Assembly (NCBI GenBank): GCA_000830295.1
Contig: CP010425.1
Location: 160,001-224,000 of the forward strand
DNA length: 64,000 nt
Reading direction: 5' to 3'
Origin: an archaeon GW2011_AR15
GTDB lineage: Archaea; Nanobdellota; Nanobdellia; Woesearchaeales; GW2011-AR15
Each line of letters begins with the position of its first letter. Position 1 is the first letter of the stretch. The notes below the pieces were generated by a model. It ran no database searches. It worked only from the letters and a program-made list of their open reading frames with translations, and had not been told where the DNA came from. A program made the translations under genes and the position numbers. Positions 16,189 through 26,147 of this stretch are shown here, piece by piece.

Positions 16189-18342
16189 ATGCCAAAGAAG
16201 CAACAAAAAAAGAAATTGGTTGTTGAGAAATTCTCCAAGAATGAAAAAGAAATCGATATTAAGAGGAAAAAAACACTTTGGTTTATTCTTGGAATTATTG
16301 GAGTTACAATATTTCTTTTGTTTGCCAACCTCGGATTAAAGATAAGATATCTAATATATGATGAATTGCAAGTAGAGATAAATCCTCTACAAAAAACCGT
16401 ATCTCTCAGAAATGATGAAACTCTTCCTCTGAGCTTTGAAGTGCAGAACAGAAATTTCCATACCTGTAGCAGCACCTGCGAGTTTGTGCTGACAGATACT
16501 TATACTGGCAAGGTACTCGGCAATAGAACCCTAGAGCTCAGGAGCAACCAGAAAGTAACTGAAGCTTATAATATCGGATTGGATGTTTCAGGAGAAGGCC
16601 AGAGAATATACTATTTTGAAGCCTACTGCTCAAATATAAAAACAGCAATTTGCCAGACAGATGGGGAGACAAGTTACAGGTCATCTATAATAACTATCAA
16701 TTATACTTATTCTGAATCTGAACAAAAGCTTCTTGATAGATTAAAAGAAGGTATTGCATTAAAACATGATGAACTATCAACTGCAAAACAGCAGGAGGAA
16801 GAGAGTGAGGAGTATATTTCAGAGATAAACAAGACAATCCCCACGAATAAATATATAGAGAAGAAAGCTGAAGAGTATCTTAAGGAGCTGGAAAAGGCTG
16901 TTGGATTATACAATGAACAAAAATTAAAAGAATCTGATGTTATATTATCAAGAATACCGCCCCTTGATTATTCCTTTGATCTGGATTCATTAAAAAATCA
17001 GGTTGCTGAATACAACAGGAATGCTGCTATGCTTAGTCTTCTAAACAGCACAGATTATCTTGCTGCTTATGATTTCTACGCCAGGACAAACATTTCAGAA
17101 TCAGCTGAATTTGAAGGACTATACAAAAATATCTCTGTGAAAAAGCTTGAAACATTTGAGAACATTACTAAGCTAAGCCAGTTTACTGATAAATTTCTTC
17201 TGGTGTCTGAATTAGTGGCCATATATCCTGCAAGGAAAAACAATAAAGAAATCAGCTACAAAAACGTAAATCTTCTGAATTATGGAAAATTTGAAAATCT
17301 GACTTTTAACTTTTCGGGAGAAATATGCCCTGATGCTGCTCTTCTTGAGAATGCAGATGAAGAGCACAATTATTCTGTTGCGCTGATAAACTATTCGGAA
17401 ATTCTGGTATACTGCAATACAGTTTACACTCCTCTGCCGGCAATCAAAACTTTTGAGGGCATTAGTCTTGAATATAAAGAGGGTTCTCAGGAGATTTTTG
17501 TACTGGAAGATGATCCGCCTGCCATATGCTGCATATACGGGAACTGCTCGCACTGCTCGGCAGATCCTAAAAATTACCCAACCGTATTTGTGCACGGTCA
17601 TTCTTTTAACATTCATGATCCGCCCGAGAGCTCTATTAAAACATTTACAAAAATACAGAAAAAGCTCACTGATGAGCATATAATAATTAATGCCGGGGAC
17701 ATAGATTATTCAACCGCATATAGCAGTCATTGGTCTCTTATGGCCTTGCCTGTGGGTGTGAGAGCAACATATTATTATCTCCCTTATTATGAAACAGAGC
17801 TGATCTTCAAGAGCATAAAGAAAGAAGAGGGCATTGAGAGCTACTCGCTGAGGCTGAAAGAAATTATTGATATAGTTCTTGCGAACACGGGAACCGATAA
17901 AGTCAACATTGTCGCTCACTCGATGGGCGGACTGGTAACAAGGAACTATCTTTCTGTGTTTGGAGAAAGCCATGTGAATAAGGTAGTCTTGATAGGGACA
18001 CCGAATAATGGTATTAGTGGCAGGGCAGATGCTTTATGCTCGCATTTTGCAGATAAAAAGGCATGTGATGATATGAGTCAGGATAGTATTTTTTTAAAGC
18101 GCCTTGACAGATACAGGCCTGATATTCCCGTATATCTTATAATCGGGAAAGGATGCGAAACCGACGGAAAAGATGGTGATGGAGTTGTTACAGCCGAATC
18201 TTCTGCTTTGGATTACGCGGACACCACATATATAAACGGGAAATGCCAGGATTTTCTCAATTCTGATTTGCATGGGGATCTTCTTGACCCTGAAAAATAT
18301 CCTGAAGCATATAATAGGATAAAAGAAATAATAACGGAATAG
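16189..18342 (+). CDS. Membrane-anchored protein with C-terminal alpha/beta hydrolase (lipase-like) domain
   Basis: N-terminal TM; PTVFVHGH, AHSMGG nucleophile elbow, GTPNNG, DGVV, terminal H. Confidence 0.85.
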   Translation: MPKKQQKKKLVVEKFSKNEKEIDIKRKKTLWFILGIIGVTIFLLFANLGLKIRYLIYDELQVEINPLQKTVSLRNDETLPLSFEVQNRNFHTCSSTCEFVLTDTYTGKVLGNRTLELRSNQKVTEAYNIGLDVSGEGQRIYYFEAYCSNIKTAICQTDGETSYRSSIITINYTYSESEQKLLDRLKEGIALKHDELSTAKQQEEESEEYISEINKTIPTNKYIEKKAEEYLKELEKAVGLYNEQKLKESDVILSRIPPLDYSFDLDSLKNQVAEYNRNAAMLSLLNSTDYLAAYDFYARTNISESAEFEGLYKNISVKKLETFENITKLSQFTDKFLLVSELVAIYPARKNNKEISYKNVNLLNYGKFENLTFNFSGEICPDAALLENADEEHNYSVALINYSEILVYCNTVYTPLPAIKTFEGISLEYKEGSQEIFVLEDDPPAICCIYGNCSHCSADPKNYPTVFVHGHSFNIHDPPESSIKTFTKIQKKLTDEHIIINAGDIDYSTAYSSHWSLMALPVGVRATYYYLPYYETELIFKSIKKEEGIESYSLRLKEIIDIVLANTGTDKVNIVAHSMGGLVTRNYLSVFGESHVNKVVLIGTPNNGISGRADALCSHFADKKACDDMSQDSIFLKRLDRYRPDIPVYLIIGKGCETDGKDGDGVVTAESSALDYADTTYINGKCQDFLNSDLHGDLLDPEKYPEAYNRIKEIITE

Positions 18343-19767
18343 TTATATTGCTTCATCATCAAGACTGCCCCAATCATTAACATGGGACGGATCTCTTTGA
18401 TTGTTATCTAAAAGAAATTCAAGGTTCGGAGACCTGCCGAATTCAATAAGGTCCTGCTGCAGTCTGAGAACAGAAGTCATCGAAAAGAGCAAAGATTCCT
18501 GTATATACTTTGGGTCCGGTTTGTATCCCGGAAGCGGCATGCCTCTCTCTGCCAGCAATGCATCCAGTTCTTCTTTATCTCTGAATTTAGGTTCGTGCAT
18601 AGCATTCAGAGAATGCTGGAGAAAAAACCTTATATTTTTCACAATAAACTCGAATAAGTTAGGCTTCCCTATTATTTTTTCAGGTGTAGAGTACGCCCAA
18701 TTTAGGCTTCCAGATATTGTTTTCAATTTGACATATGCATGGGAGATCCCTCTTTCAACCACCTCATCTTCTGCTATAACCGGGAAGTCAAACCTTCCAT
18801 CCAATACAAGAGTGTGCTTTAGGAACTCTGTTGAATCATGTAAAAATCTTATGTGCCTTTCCAGATATTCTGACGATTCCGGGAAAAGATGGATACCTAC
18901 ATGCTTGGTATTAGGCAGATTATGGCTTTTATCACCTTCGACGATTTTATCCAGATAGACTGATGGCATTGTTCCTTTCAAGATCCGGTGTGCTCTGGGG
19001 ACATTTTTCACAACAACCCAATTATCATAGTCACTGAACTGGCTTGGATCTGCTGTTCTTGAAGCAGACCCGTACAGCAATATTCCCAACAGGTCGTTTC
19101 CTAATTTTTCCCTTATCCAGTTTACATATGGGAATCTCTCAGTAATTTCTTTTTCAGTAACTTCTGCATTCCTTCTTCTTATGGGGTATGCTCTCGGCCC
19201 AATAGGGATTTCATTCAGGTATTCTATGAATTGCATCTTCATCTGGGATAATGCAGTGTCCCAGTTCTCTTCACTCTCCAAATCACCGAACAGAAAAGGA
19301 TATTTCCTTTCTTCCAGGTGACCGTATATCCTTCCAATCATATACAATCTGTTCAGGATATGCGCTTTATTCACAACTGTTCCGAGTTCTCTTCTGCCAT
19401 GAACTATGGCGGCATCAATTGTCGCTCCCTTTGCCTCTATTTCGGTCTGCAGCTGCAGCAGTATCTTCTCTCCTTCCGGTATTGCTTCCTGCCCTATGTT
19501 AAAATATTCCTGCATGAGGTCCTCCGGCATATTCTTAGTAATCCTCCTAAATGTAGTCGGTATGTAATCTTTAAAACCCTGAACGACACCAACTGACCAT
19601 GGGTTGGTCAGTGTATCGGCATCTGAAGAAGCGAGTAATGCTGCTAGGTCATCAGGTGTCGGAATTCCATTTAAGAGTACCGGCCTGACATACTTGAATG
19701 TATCTTCGTACGGTAGTCCCGGGACCTGGTAATTAAGCCCTTTGTCTTCGAAAATAATGTTTACCAT
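18343..19767 (-). CDS. Pol-beta superfamily nucleotidyltransferase-domain protein (474 aa)
   Basis: GILLYGSASR...FSDYDNWVVV in the middle of the protein; flanking regions unrecognised. Confidence 0.7.
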   Translation of the reverse strand: MVNIIFEDKGLNYQVPGLPYEDTFKYVRPVLLNGIPTPDDLAALLASSDADTLTNPWSVGVVQGFKDYIPTTFRRITKNMPEDLMQEYFNIGQEAIPEGEKILLQLQTEIEAKGATIDAAIVHGRRELGTVVNKAHILNRLYMIGRIYGHLEERKYPFLFGDLESEENWDTALSQMKMQFIEYLNEIPIGPRAYPIRRRNAEVTEKEITERFPYVNWIREKLGNDLLGILLYGSASRTADPSQFSDYDNWVVVKNVPRAHRILKGTMPSVYLDKIVEGDKSHNLPNTKHVGIHLFPESSEYLERHIRFLHDSTEFLKHTLVLDGRFDFPVIAEDEVVERGISHAYVKLKTISGSLNWAYSTPEKIIGKPNLFEFIVKNIRFFLQHSLNAMHEPKFRDKEELDALLAERGMPLPGYKPDPKYIQESLLFSMTSVLRLQQDLIEFGRSPNLEFLLDNNQRDPSHVNDWGSLDDEAI

Positions 19768-19898
19768 TCTCTATAGACTAAATGGTATTAGTACTTATAA
19801 ATATAACTAGGACATGTTGAGAATCCTATCATGAATAACCCTGCCAGATAAAGGTAATTCTGGCCATCTCGAAACTATTATATCTGGCGTTGCTGAAA

Positions 19899-19984
19899 TA
19901 GCCCCGCCAGGATTCGAACCTGGGTCCCGTCCTTTCTTCTGTTAATCCAAAGGGACGGATGATTGGCCACTACACTACGGGGCT
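19899..19984 (-). tRNA. tRNA-Gln(TTG) with 13-nt intron at 37/38 (19934-19946)
   Basis: AGCCCCG/CGGGGCT acceptor, CGTCC/GGACG anticodon stem, TTG at 19950-19948, GGTTCGAATCC T-arm, CTTT/GAAG central helix. Confidence 0.92.
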
Positions 19985-20028
19985 TTAAAGCAAAAGAAGT
20001 CCAAGCAGTTTAAATAAATTGCTTCTCC

Positions 20029-20796
20029 CTAGTCTGATTGGTTGATCTCCCAGAATCTCAGCATCTCCTCTTCCATGAAATGAAGCTTTCCGGGAATTAT
20101 CAGACAGTGCAGAGGCCCTCCAAAATCAAAATCCAGCAGCTCATGCACACTACCGTATTTTATCAGCTGATTCCGGCTGCCAAGCCTTGCACAACCTATA
20201 ACCCCGGTCTTCTCGCTTATGACCTTTTCTTTCCTTCTGTTTTCAATCTCCAGCAATTGTGCCAGGGCATGGTTCACTGACATGAATCTGTCGGGCTTAA
20301 TATCCAGCAACACCAGAGTATGAAGTCCGTTCTTAAGGTTCATTTTTATCACATCATAAGGTGTTTCAGGTTCAAAAGAAGGCTCAAAAAAAGGCATTGA
20401 GGTTGTCTTACCATATTTGTAAAGCTCAAGCCCCACAGAGCCTACAGCTGTCAGGATTGAAGCATTGTGAATCATTTCAATCTGTATACCTTTTTCTTTT
20501 GCTCTCAAGAATAAGTCAATGTGAGTTGTGGCTGAGAAAATATCACCTACGACAAGAAATGCCACATTACTGGCAGCTGCCTTGTTTATTATCTGGTCTG
20601 AATTATTCTCAACCATCTCCCTGTCTGCCAGCACAATTGCCCTGCCGTAGAAGTTCTCAAGCCTTTCCAGAGAGACATTGAGCCTGGAAGTATAGCCTTC
20701 CAGGAAAACGTAGTCACACTCCTTTACTGCTTCAAGGCCCTTCAGACTTATATCTTTTTCATCATTCAGCCCCAGGCCAATCATATACAATGTCAT
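20029..20796 (-). CDS. dph5: Diphthine synthase
   Basis: LYMIGLGL.DEKDIS.KGLE, GD.FSATTH.DL, GLELYKYGKT, GLHTLVLLDI, GGPLHCLIIPG. Confidence 0.96.
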   Translation of the reverse strand: MTLYMIGLGLNDEKDISLKGLEAVKECDYVFLEGYTSRLNVSLERLENFYGRAIVLADREMVENNSDQIINKAAASNVAFLVVGDIFSATTHIDLFLRAKEKGIQIEMIHNASILTAVGSVGLELYKYGKTTSMPFFEPSFEPETPYDVIKMNLKNGLHTLVLLDIKPDRFMSVNHALAQLLEIENRRKEKVISEKTGVIGCARLGSRNQLIKYGSVHELLDFDFGGPLHCLIIPGKLHFMEEEMLRFWEINQSD

Positions 20797-20842
20797 AATG
20801 GATAGCTATTCAGAATTGTTTAAATAATTTGCCAAGATAGAG

Positions 20843-21280
20843 TTATTTGAACAGCTTAACATACTCACTAATGGCCTTGGCAAGTCCCTGCAGGGGCTCT
20901 ATTGATGGACTATATGCAGTCACGGATATTTTATGTTTCCCAAATTCCATAAGATTCCAGTCAAGCTGCCTAGTAATCCTCATTCTGTATTCTACCCCTT
21001 TTTCTGTATCTTGAGAAATAGTCCAGCCCGAATATATCTTGCCGGTGTTTATTCTTCCGCACTGCCTTATCCTGTCAATAGGGAGGTTGTTTTCTGAAAT
21101 GTATTTTTGTATAGAACTGAAGCCAATCTCTTCATTTCTTCCGGTATCAACCTCCACTACAAGCTCAAAGTGCAGTCCTGGTTTTTCATACCTCCTGTCA
21201 GTATATTCATTTAATTCCATCTTTTTGATATACTCTCCCTCCGGTAGATATGCTTCAAGCCCTTCATAGATGTCTGTCAT
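20843..21280 (-). CDS. Hypothetical protein
   Basis: 145-aa ORF with TATA box upstream. Confidence 0.6.
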   Translation of the reverse strand: MTDIYEGLEAYLPEGEYIKKMELNEYTDRRYEKPGLHFELVVEVDTGRNEEIGFSSIQKYISENNLPIDRIRQCGRINTGKIYSGWTISQDTEKGVEYRMRITRQLDWNLMEFGKHKISVTAYSPSIEPLQGLAKAISEYVKLFK

Positions 21281-21334
21281 TGTAACGGTGTGGAGAAGTA
21301 GTTTTCTTATAAAATTAACTTAATTTCCTTAATC

Positions 21335-21422
21335 AAAAAAAGAAAAACTCTCTTCCCCTCCCGGAGAAGAGAATAAATAGCCTCTATCCTAAAACTTTCG
21401 GGGGTGATTTACAGATAGAGGC
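21335..21422 (-). terminator. Hairpins and T-tract downstream of ftsZ
   Basis: GCCTCTATC/GATAGAGGC stem (21380-21422), TCTCTTC/GAAGAGA stem (21349-21372), then a T-run on the minus strand. Confidence 0.55.
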
Positions 21423-21452
21423 AAGAAGGGCACCCACAAAGACCAAGGGTGA

Positions 21453-22523
21453 TCATCTAACGATTTCTATGCCTAGCTCTTCTGATACGTCAGCCATCTG
21501 CTGGCGGCCGAGCCTCTGGTCGTGTTTTCCAAGTATCCATGGGCTCTTGACGCCTGTCACGATTGTCATGACAGTAAGCTTTCCTTTCATGTCCTCTGAA
21601 ATCCTAGCTCCCCAGATGACATTTGCGTCTTCATCAAGACTGTCTGTCACCAGTTCACCGATTGTATTGATTTCCTCAAGTGTCAGGTCAGGTCCACCCA
21701 CAACATGTATCAGTGCTCCTGTAGCTCCCTCATAGTTTATGTCAAGCAATGGGTTGCTCAGTGCGCCTTTTACAGCTTCTTCTACTCTGTTGTTTGTGTC
21801 TGATGCTCCTACACCGATAGCTGCGACTCCACCGTTTGTCATTATTGCCTTAACGTCTGCATAGTCAAGGTTGACAAGTGACGGCAATGCAATTGTTTCC
21901 ACTATTCCTTTTATCATTGTAGCGATAAGCTCGTTTGCCACTGCAAATGCCTGCCTTATTGGCAGGTTTCCTGCAATCTGGACAAGCCTGTTATTATCGA
22001 TTACAATAACTGTGTCAGATACTTTTCTCAACTGCTGCAGGCCGAATTCTGCCTTATCAACTCTTGCCCTCTCAATCTTGAATGGCATTGTAACTGTGCC
22101 AATAACTATTGAGCCAAGGTCTCTGGCAACTTCAGCAATTACCGGTGCGGACCCTGTTCCTGTTCCGCCGCCCATTCCTGCGCAGATAAATACCATGTCT
22201 GAGCCTTTAAGTGCTTCTTTGATTTCATTCATCTGCTCGTGTGCTGCTTCATGCCCTTTTTCAGGGAATCCACCGCATCCAAGTCCTCTGGTTGTTTCCC
22301 TACCAATAAGGAATTTCCTGTCTGCCTCAGTAACACTCAAGTGCTGCTGGTCTGTGTTGCAGGCAATAATCTCAGCGCCCTTAACACCTTTCTGGTAAAG
22401 CCAGTTAACCATGTTGTTCCCGGCTCCTCCTGAGCCGATAACCTTAATGGTTGCCTGATGGGTTTCTACTCCCGCAAAGTCACTAGACTTGCTTTTCAGT
22501 GCGTTGTCAATGATATGTTCCAT
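21453..22523 (-). CDS. ftsZ: Cell division protein FtsZ
   Basis: GSGGAGNN, GMGGGTGTG signature, NLDYAD, IWGAR; GGGGG RBS before ATG 22523. Confidence 0.97.
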   Translation of the reverse strand: MEHIIDNALKSKSSDFAGVETHQATIKVIGSGGAGNNMVNWLYQKGVKGAEIIACNTDQQHLSVTEADRKFLIGRETTRGLGCGGFPEKGHEAAHEQMNEIKEALKGSDMVFICAGMGGGTGTGSAPVIAEVARDLGSIVIGTVTMPFKIERARVDKAEFGLQQLRKVSDTVIVIDNNRLVQIAGNLPIRQAFAVANELIATMIKGIVETIALPSLVNLDYADVKAIMTNGGVAAIGVGASDTNNRVEEAVKGALSNPLLDINYEGATGALIHVVGGPDLTLEEINTIGELVTDSLDEDANVIWGARISEDMKGKLTVMTIVTGVKSPWILGKHDQRLGRQQMADVSEELGIEIVR

Positions 22524-22785
22524 TTTTCTTCTAACCCCCACACGTCTTTGTGTTGTGTTGTTGTTTTTGGCTGAATATAACTACTCCAGTATATATCTTA
22601 AACTAGGTAAATGTTTAAATACTAGTTTAGTATATTCTCCTTTAGAACAAGCCACACTTGATCGAACCAACTAATTATTTATAGTCTAAATAATTTTTAA
22701 CAGCCACAATTTTTAATTTATGTATATAGCTGGGTAGTATTTAAATCTTTTTATTTTTAGATGTATATATTACAGAATATATAAT

Positions 22786-23499
22786 TTATTTTTTAGATCC
22801 CTTGCGCTTCTCTATGGCATCCTTTCCCACGTCGATAAGACCTTTGAAAAGCCGTGAGATTTTGTCAAATACAAGGGGATTTTGCATAACTCTCTCTATG
22901 TTTGAAACCCTGGTCCCATAAGATTCGAAATAGCAGACATTCTCCATGGTATAGTGGGTCGGAGCAGGAACAATCTCGTCGGGGTAACCAAGAGGAAGAA
23001 TGGCCTGCGGCCTTATATCCCCTGGAATGTTAAGGGCTCGTTTAAGCATATCTTCGTCAAAATCGCTTACCCAGCAGGATCCAAGTCCTAGACAATGGGC
23101 AGTCAGTAGCATGTTTTCTATTGCTGCTGCACAGTTCTGCACTGAATACAGCCTGTCTCCCCTGATTCCATAGAACTGCTTGAGCTTTTCTGTTTCAGCA
23201 CACACGACGATAATAACAGGGGCGGAAGCTATCCAGAGCTGGTGCATTGCTGCTTCGGCAACTCTCTGTTTGTTCTCCTTATCTTTTACAAGAACAAACC
23301 TCCAGTTCTGTATGTTACCGGAGCTCGGGGCATATCTTCCCCCGTCAATAACCACACCAAGAATTTCCATAGGCACGTCTTGGGAGGTAAACTTCCTTAT
23401 TGATCTTCTCGTCGCTATAGCCTCAAAGACATTCATCTTCATCTTTTCAGGGCTTACAGAATCCTTTATATCAAAGGATGGGTTTTCTTTCTCCTGCAT
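22786..23499 (-). CDS. Nitroreductase family protein
   Basis: TRRSIRKF, APSSGNIQNWRF, ENMLLTA..LGLGSCW, LGYP. Confidence 0.93.
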   Translation of the reverse strand: MQEKENPSFDIKDSVSPEKMKMNVFEAIATRRSIRKFTSQDVPMEILGVVIDGGRYAPSSGNIQNWRFVLVKDKENKQRVAEAAMHQLWIASAPVIIVVCAETEKLKQFYGIRGDRLYSVQNCAAAIENMLLTAHCLGLGSCWVSDFDEDMLKRALNIPGDIRPQAILPLGYPDEIVPAPTHYTMENVCYFESYGTRVSNIERVMQNPLVFDKISRLFKGLIDVGKDAIEKRKGSKK

Positions 23500-23560
23500 A
23501 TAGCCGTTTATGGCTTTCTCCTTTAAATAGTTTGTTATAGTTTTTTACTGCTGCTCTCTA

Positions 23561-23598
23561 AATGTTTCATAAATGGAACAATGTTTCATAAATGAAAA
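23561..23598. promoter_or_regulatory. Tandem palindromic operator between divergent nitroreductase and wHTH genes
   Basis: AATGTTTCATAAATG repeated at 23561 and 23580; TGTTTCATAAATGGAACA is near-palindromic. Confidence 0.6.
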
Positions 23599-23633
23599 GA
23601 TTTAAATATTGTATGAAAATTAATCAAGATGGC

Positions 23634-24164
23634 ATGGAGAACCAGGAAATAATAGAGAAGCTGTTTGATGCCAAACTTGTGGGAATTCTGAAGGCCTTTC
23701 TTAAGAATGAAGAGAATGAGTACTACCTCAGGGAATTGGCAAGGTCTGCCCAGGTAAGCCCAGCTTCTACATACAGAATTCTGAACAGGCTGGTTAAGCT
23801 TGAGCTTCTTGAATCAAGGGAGATAAAGACTGCCAAACTCTATAAGCTGGCCTCCAACAAGAAAGTGGAGTTCATAAAATCAATACTTGAGGTTGACATT
23901 CTTGATTATTTTGTTGACAAAGTCTCCAAGATGCCGGGAGTTGAACAGGTGCTGCAGCTGGGAAAAAAAGATAAAATCAAAGCAAATGTGATTCTCCTTG
24001 GAACCACAATAAATACAGCAGATGTGAAACTGCTTGCGGGAGAGATAAAGGAGAAGTACGGGTTTACAGTAAACCAGATGACCCTTTCAAAAGAGCAGTA
24101 TGAGCAGATGGCCTCCATGGGCCTGTATCCAGGTGAGAAAAAAATTCTGTTCAGGGCTGCATAA
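23634..24164 (+). CDS. wHTH transcriptional regulator with degenerate NTase-like C-terminal domain
   Basis: YYLRELAR...VSPASTYRILNRL...L...KLYKL; C-terminal half lacks the GS/DxD motif. Confidence 0.75.
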   Translation: MENQEIIEKLFDAKLVGILKAFLKNEENEYYLRELARSAQVSPASTYRILNRLVKLELLESREIKTAKLYKLASNKKVEFIKSILEVDILDYFVDKVSKMPGVEQVLQLGKKDKIKANVILLGTTINTADVKLLAGEIKEKYGFTVNQMTLSKEQYEQMASMGLYPGEKKILFRAA

Positions 24165-24196
24165 ATCTTATAAAGCTGTGCCAAATGCAATAACCT

Positions 24197-26083
24197 ATGA
24201 TTTCTGAAGCAAGAAAACAGGAGCTGCTGTTTCCGTATGAGATTGTGAGAGAGGAACAAAACAAGCTGCTTCTGCTTACAGCTGCCACCATAGAAAACAA
24301 GAGAAATCTGATTGTGCATGCTCCCACAGGACTCGGAAAGACAGCAGCGACCCTGAGCCCTGCCCTGAAAGCTGCAATAGACAAGGACATGACTGTCCTT
24401 TTCCTGACCTCAAGGCACACCCAGCATAAGATTGCCATAGAGACCCTGAAACTGATAAAGGAGAAATTCGGGGCAGATACAAGCTCGGTTTCGATAATAG
24501 GAAAAAAATGGATGTGCATCCAGCCCGGAGTAAGCAGCCTATACAGCAAAGACTTTGCTGAATACTGCAAGAGGCTGAAAGAAGAAAAAAAGTGCGAGTT
24601 CTATACAAATGCCAGGAAGAACCAGAACACGTTCACTATAGGCGCAACAAAACTTCTAAGCAACATAAAGGGCCTTTCACCTTTAACAACAGAAGAAGTC
24701 ATAGAGCATTCAGAAGATGAGAGGATGTGCCCTTATGAGATTTCGCTTGGCATGGCAAAGAATGCCAAGGTCATAATAGCTGATTACTATTATCTGTTCC
24801 ATCCAAAAATAGGGGAGAACTTCCTTGCAAAAGCTGAAAAGGATATCAGCAAGCTGATTGTCATAGTGGATGAAGCCCATAACCTTCCTGACAGGCTGAA
24901 AGACCTTGCCTCCGAATACCTTACAACAATAACAATAAGCAGGGCAATAAAAGAGGCTGAAAAATTTGGGTATGACAATACAGTTGATATTCTTGCAGAA
25001 ATAAAAAATATACTTGAAGAGCTGGCTGAGGGCATGAAAATTGAATCAGAGGCAAAGCTGACAAGGGAGCAGTTTGAATCAAAGTTAGAAGGATATGATT
25101 ATGACCAGCTGATAGGGGATCTTGAGCATGTGGGGGATGCAATAAGGGAAACCCAAAAGCAATCCTATATTGGGGCTATTGCTGCTTTCCTTGAAGCGTG
25201 GCAGGGTAGAGATGAGGGATTCACAAGAATCCTGTCATACAAAAGGGGCCTGAGAGAGCCTTTCATCTCAATCTCATACAGGTGCCTTGACCCGAGCGTT
25301 GTCTGCGGGGAGATAATAAACAATACCTGCTCAACCATCCTTATGTCCGGCACCTTACTTCCGACTTCAATGTACAAAGAGCTTCTTGGGCTGGAAGATG
25401 CGCAGGAGGTTGTCTTCAGCGATCCTTTCCCCAAAAAGAACAGGATTAATCTTGTAGTGCCAAAGACAACAACCAAATTCACAAGAAGGGATGAAAAACA
25501 GTTCCAGCTGCAGGCAAAGATGCTGGCAGAAATGGTGAATGCGATTCCGGGAAACTCGGCTGTGTTTTTTCCGAGCTATTATCTCAGGGACAGGATATTG
25601 GTTTATTTTGACAGTGATTGTGTAAAAACAGTCTTCACAGAAAAGCCGCACATGACAAAGGCAGAGAAGCAGAGCATGCTTGACCGCTTCAAGGAATACA
25701 AGGATATCGGGGCAACTCTGCTGGCAGTTGCCTCAGGAAGCTTTGGGGAAGGCATTGACCTGCCGGGAGACTTTCTCAAAGGAGTCATAGTAGTCGGGCT
25801 TCCGCTTTCCCAGCCTGATTTGGAGAAGAAATCGCTTATTGAGTATTTTGACAAAAAATTCAGCAGGGGCTGGGACTACGGCTACCTGTTCCCTGCCTTC
25901 AACAAGACCCTCCAGAATGCGGGCAGGTGCATAAGATCCGAGACAGACAAAGGGATAATAATTTTCCTTGATGAGAGATACATCTGGCCCAATTATAAAC
26001 GATGTTTTCCTGAAGACTGGGAGATTGAAGTGAGTGAGAATTACAAGGGAATGATAAGGGAGTTTTTTAATACCAAGAAATAA
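24197..26083 (+). CDS. XPD/DinG (Rad3-like) Fe-S DNA helicase
   Basis: APTGLGKT, Fe-S Cys (MC, YC, KCEFY, MCPYE), DEAHN, MSGTL, FPSY, EGID, QNAGRCIRS. Confidence 0.95.
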   Translation: MISEARKQELLFPYEIVREEQNKLLLLTAATIENKRNLIVHAPTGLGKTAATLSPALKAAIDKDMTVLFLTSRHTQHKIAIETLKLIKEKFGADTSSVSIIGKKWMCIQPGVSSLYSKDFAEYCKRLKEEKKCEFYTNARKNQNTFTIGATKLLSNIKGLSPLTTEEVIEHSEDERMCPYEISLGMAKNAKVIIADYYYLFHPKIGENFLAKAEKDISKLIVIVDEAHNLPDRLKDLASEYLTTITISRAIKEAEKFGYDNTVDILAEIKNILEELAEGMKIESEAKLTREQFESKLEGYDYDQLIGDLEHVGDAIRETQKQSYIGAIAAFLEAWQGRDEGFTRILSYKRGLREPFISISYRCLDPSVVCGEIINNTCSTILMSGTLLPTSMYKELLGLEDAQEVVFSDPFPKKNRINLVVPKTTTKFTRRDEKQFQLQAKMLAEMVNAIPGNSAVFFPSYYLRDRILVYFDSDCVKTVFTEKPHMTKAEKQSMLDRFKEYKDIGATLLAVASGSFGEGIDLPGDFLKGVIVVGLPLSQPDLEKKSLIEYFDKKFSRGWDYGYLFPAFNKTLQNAGRCIRSETDKGIIIFLDERYIWPNYKRCFPEDWEIEVSENYKGMIREFFNTKK

Positions 26084-26147
26084 TTTAATATACTTTTTTG
26101 TATACTAATCGCAATATTTATATATTAGTAGTTCTTTTAATATTCAA

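Noticed and set aside
22630-22785. AT-rich stretch as replication origin
   Set aside because: No ORB-like repeats and no adjacent cdc6/orc1; explained by the ftsZ promoter and nitroreductase terminator
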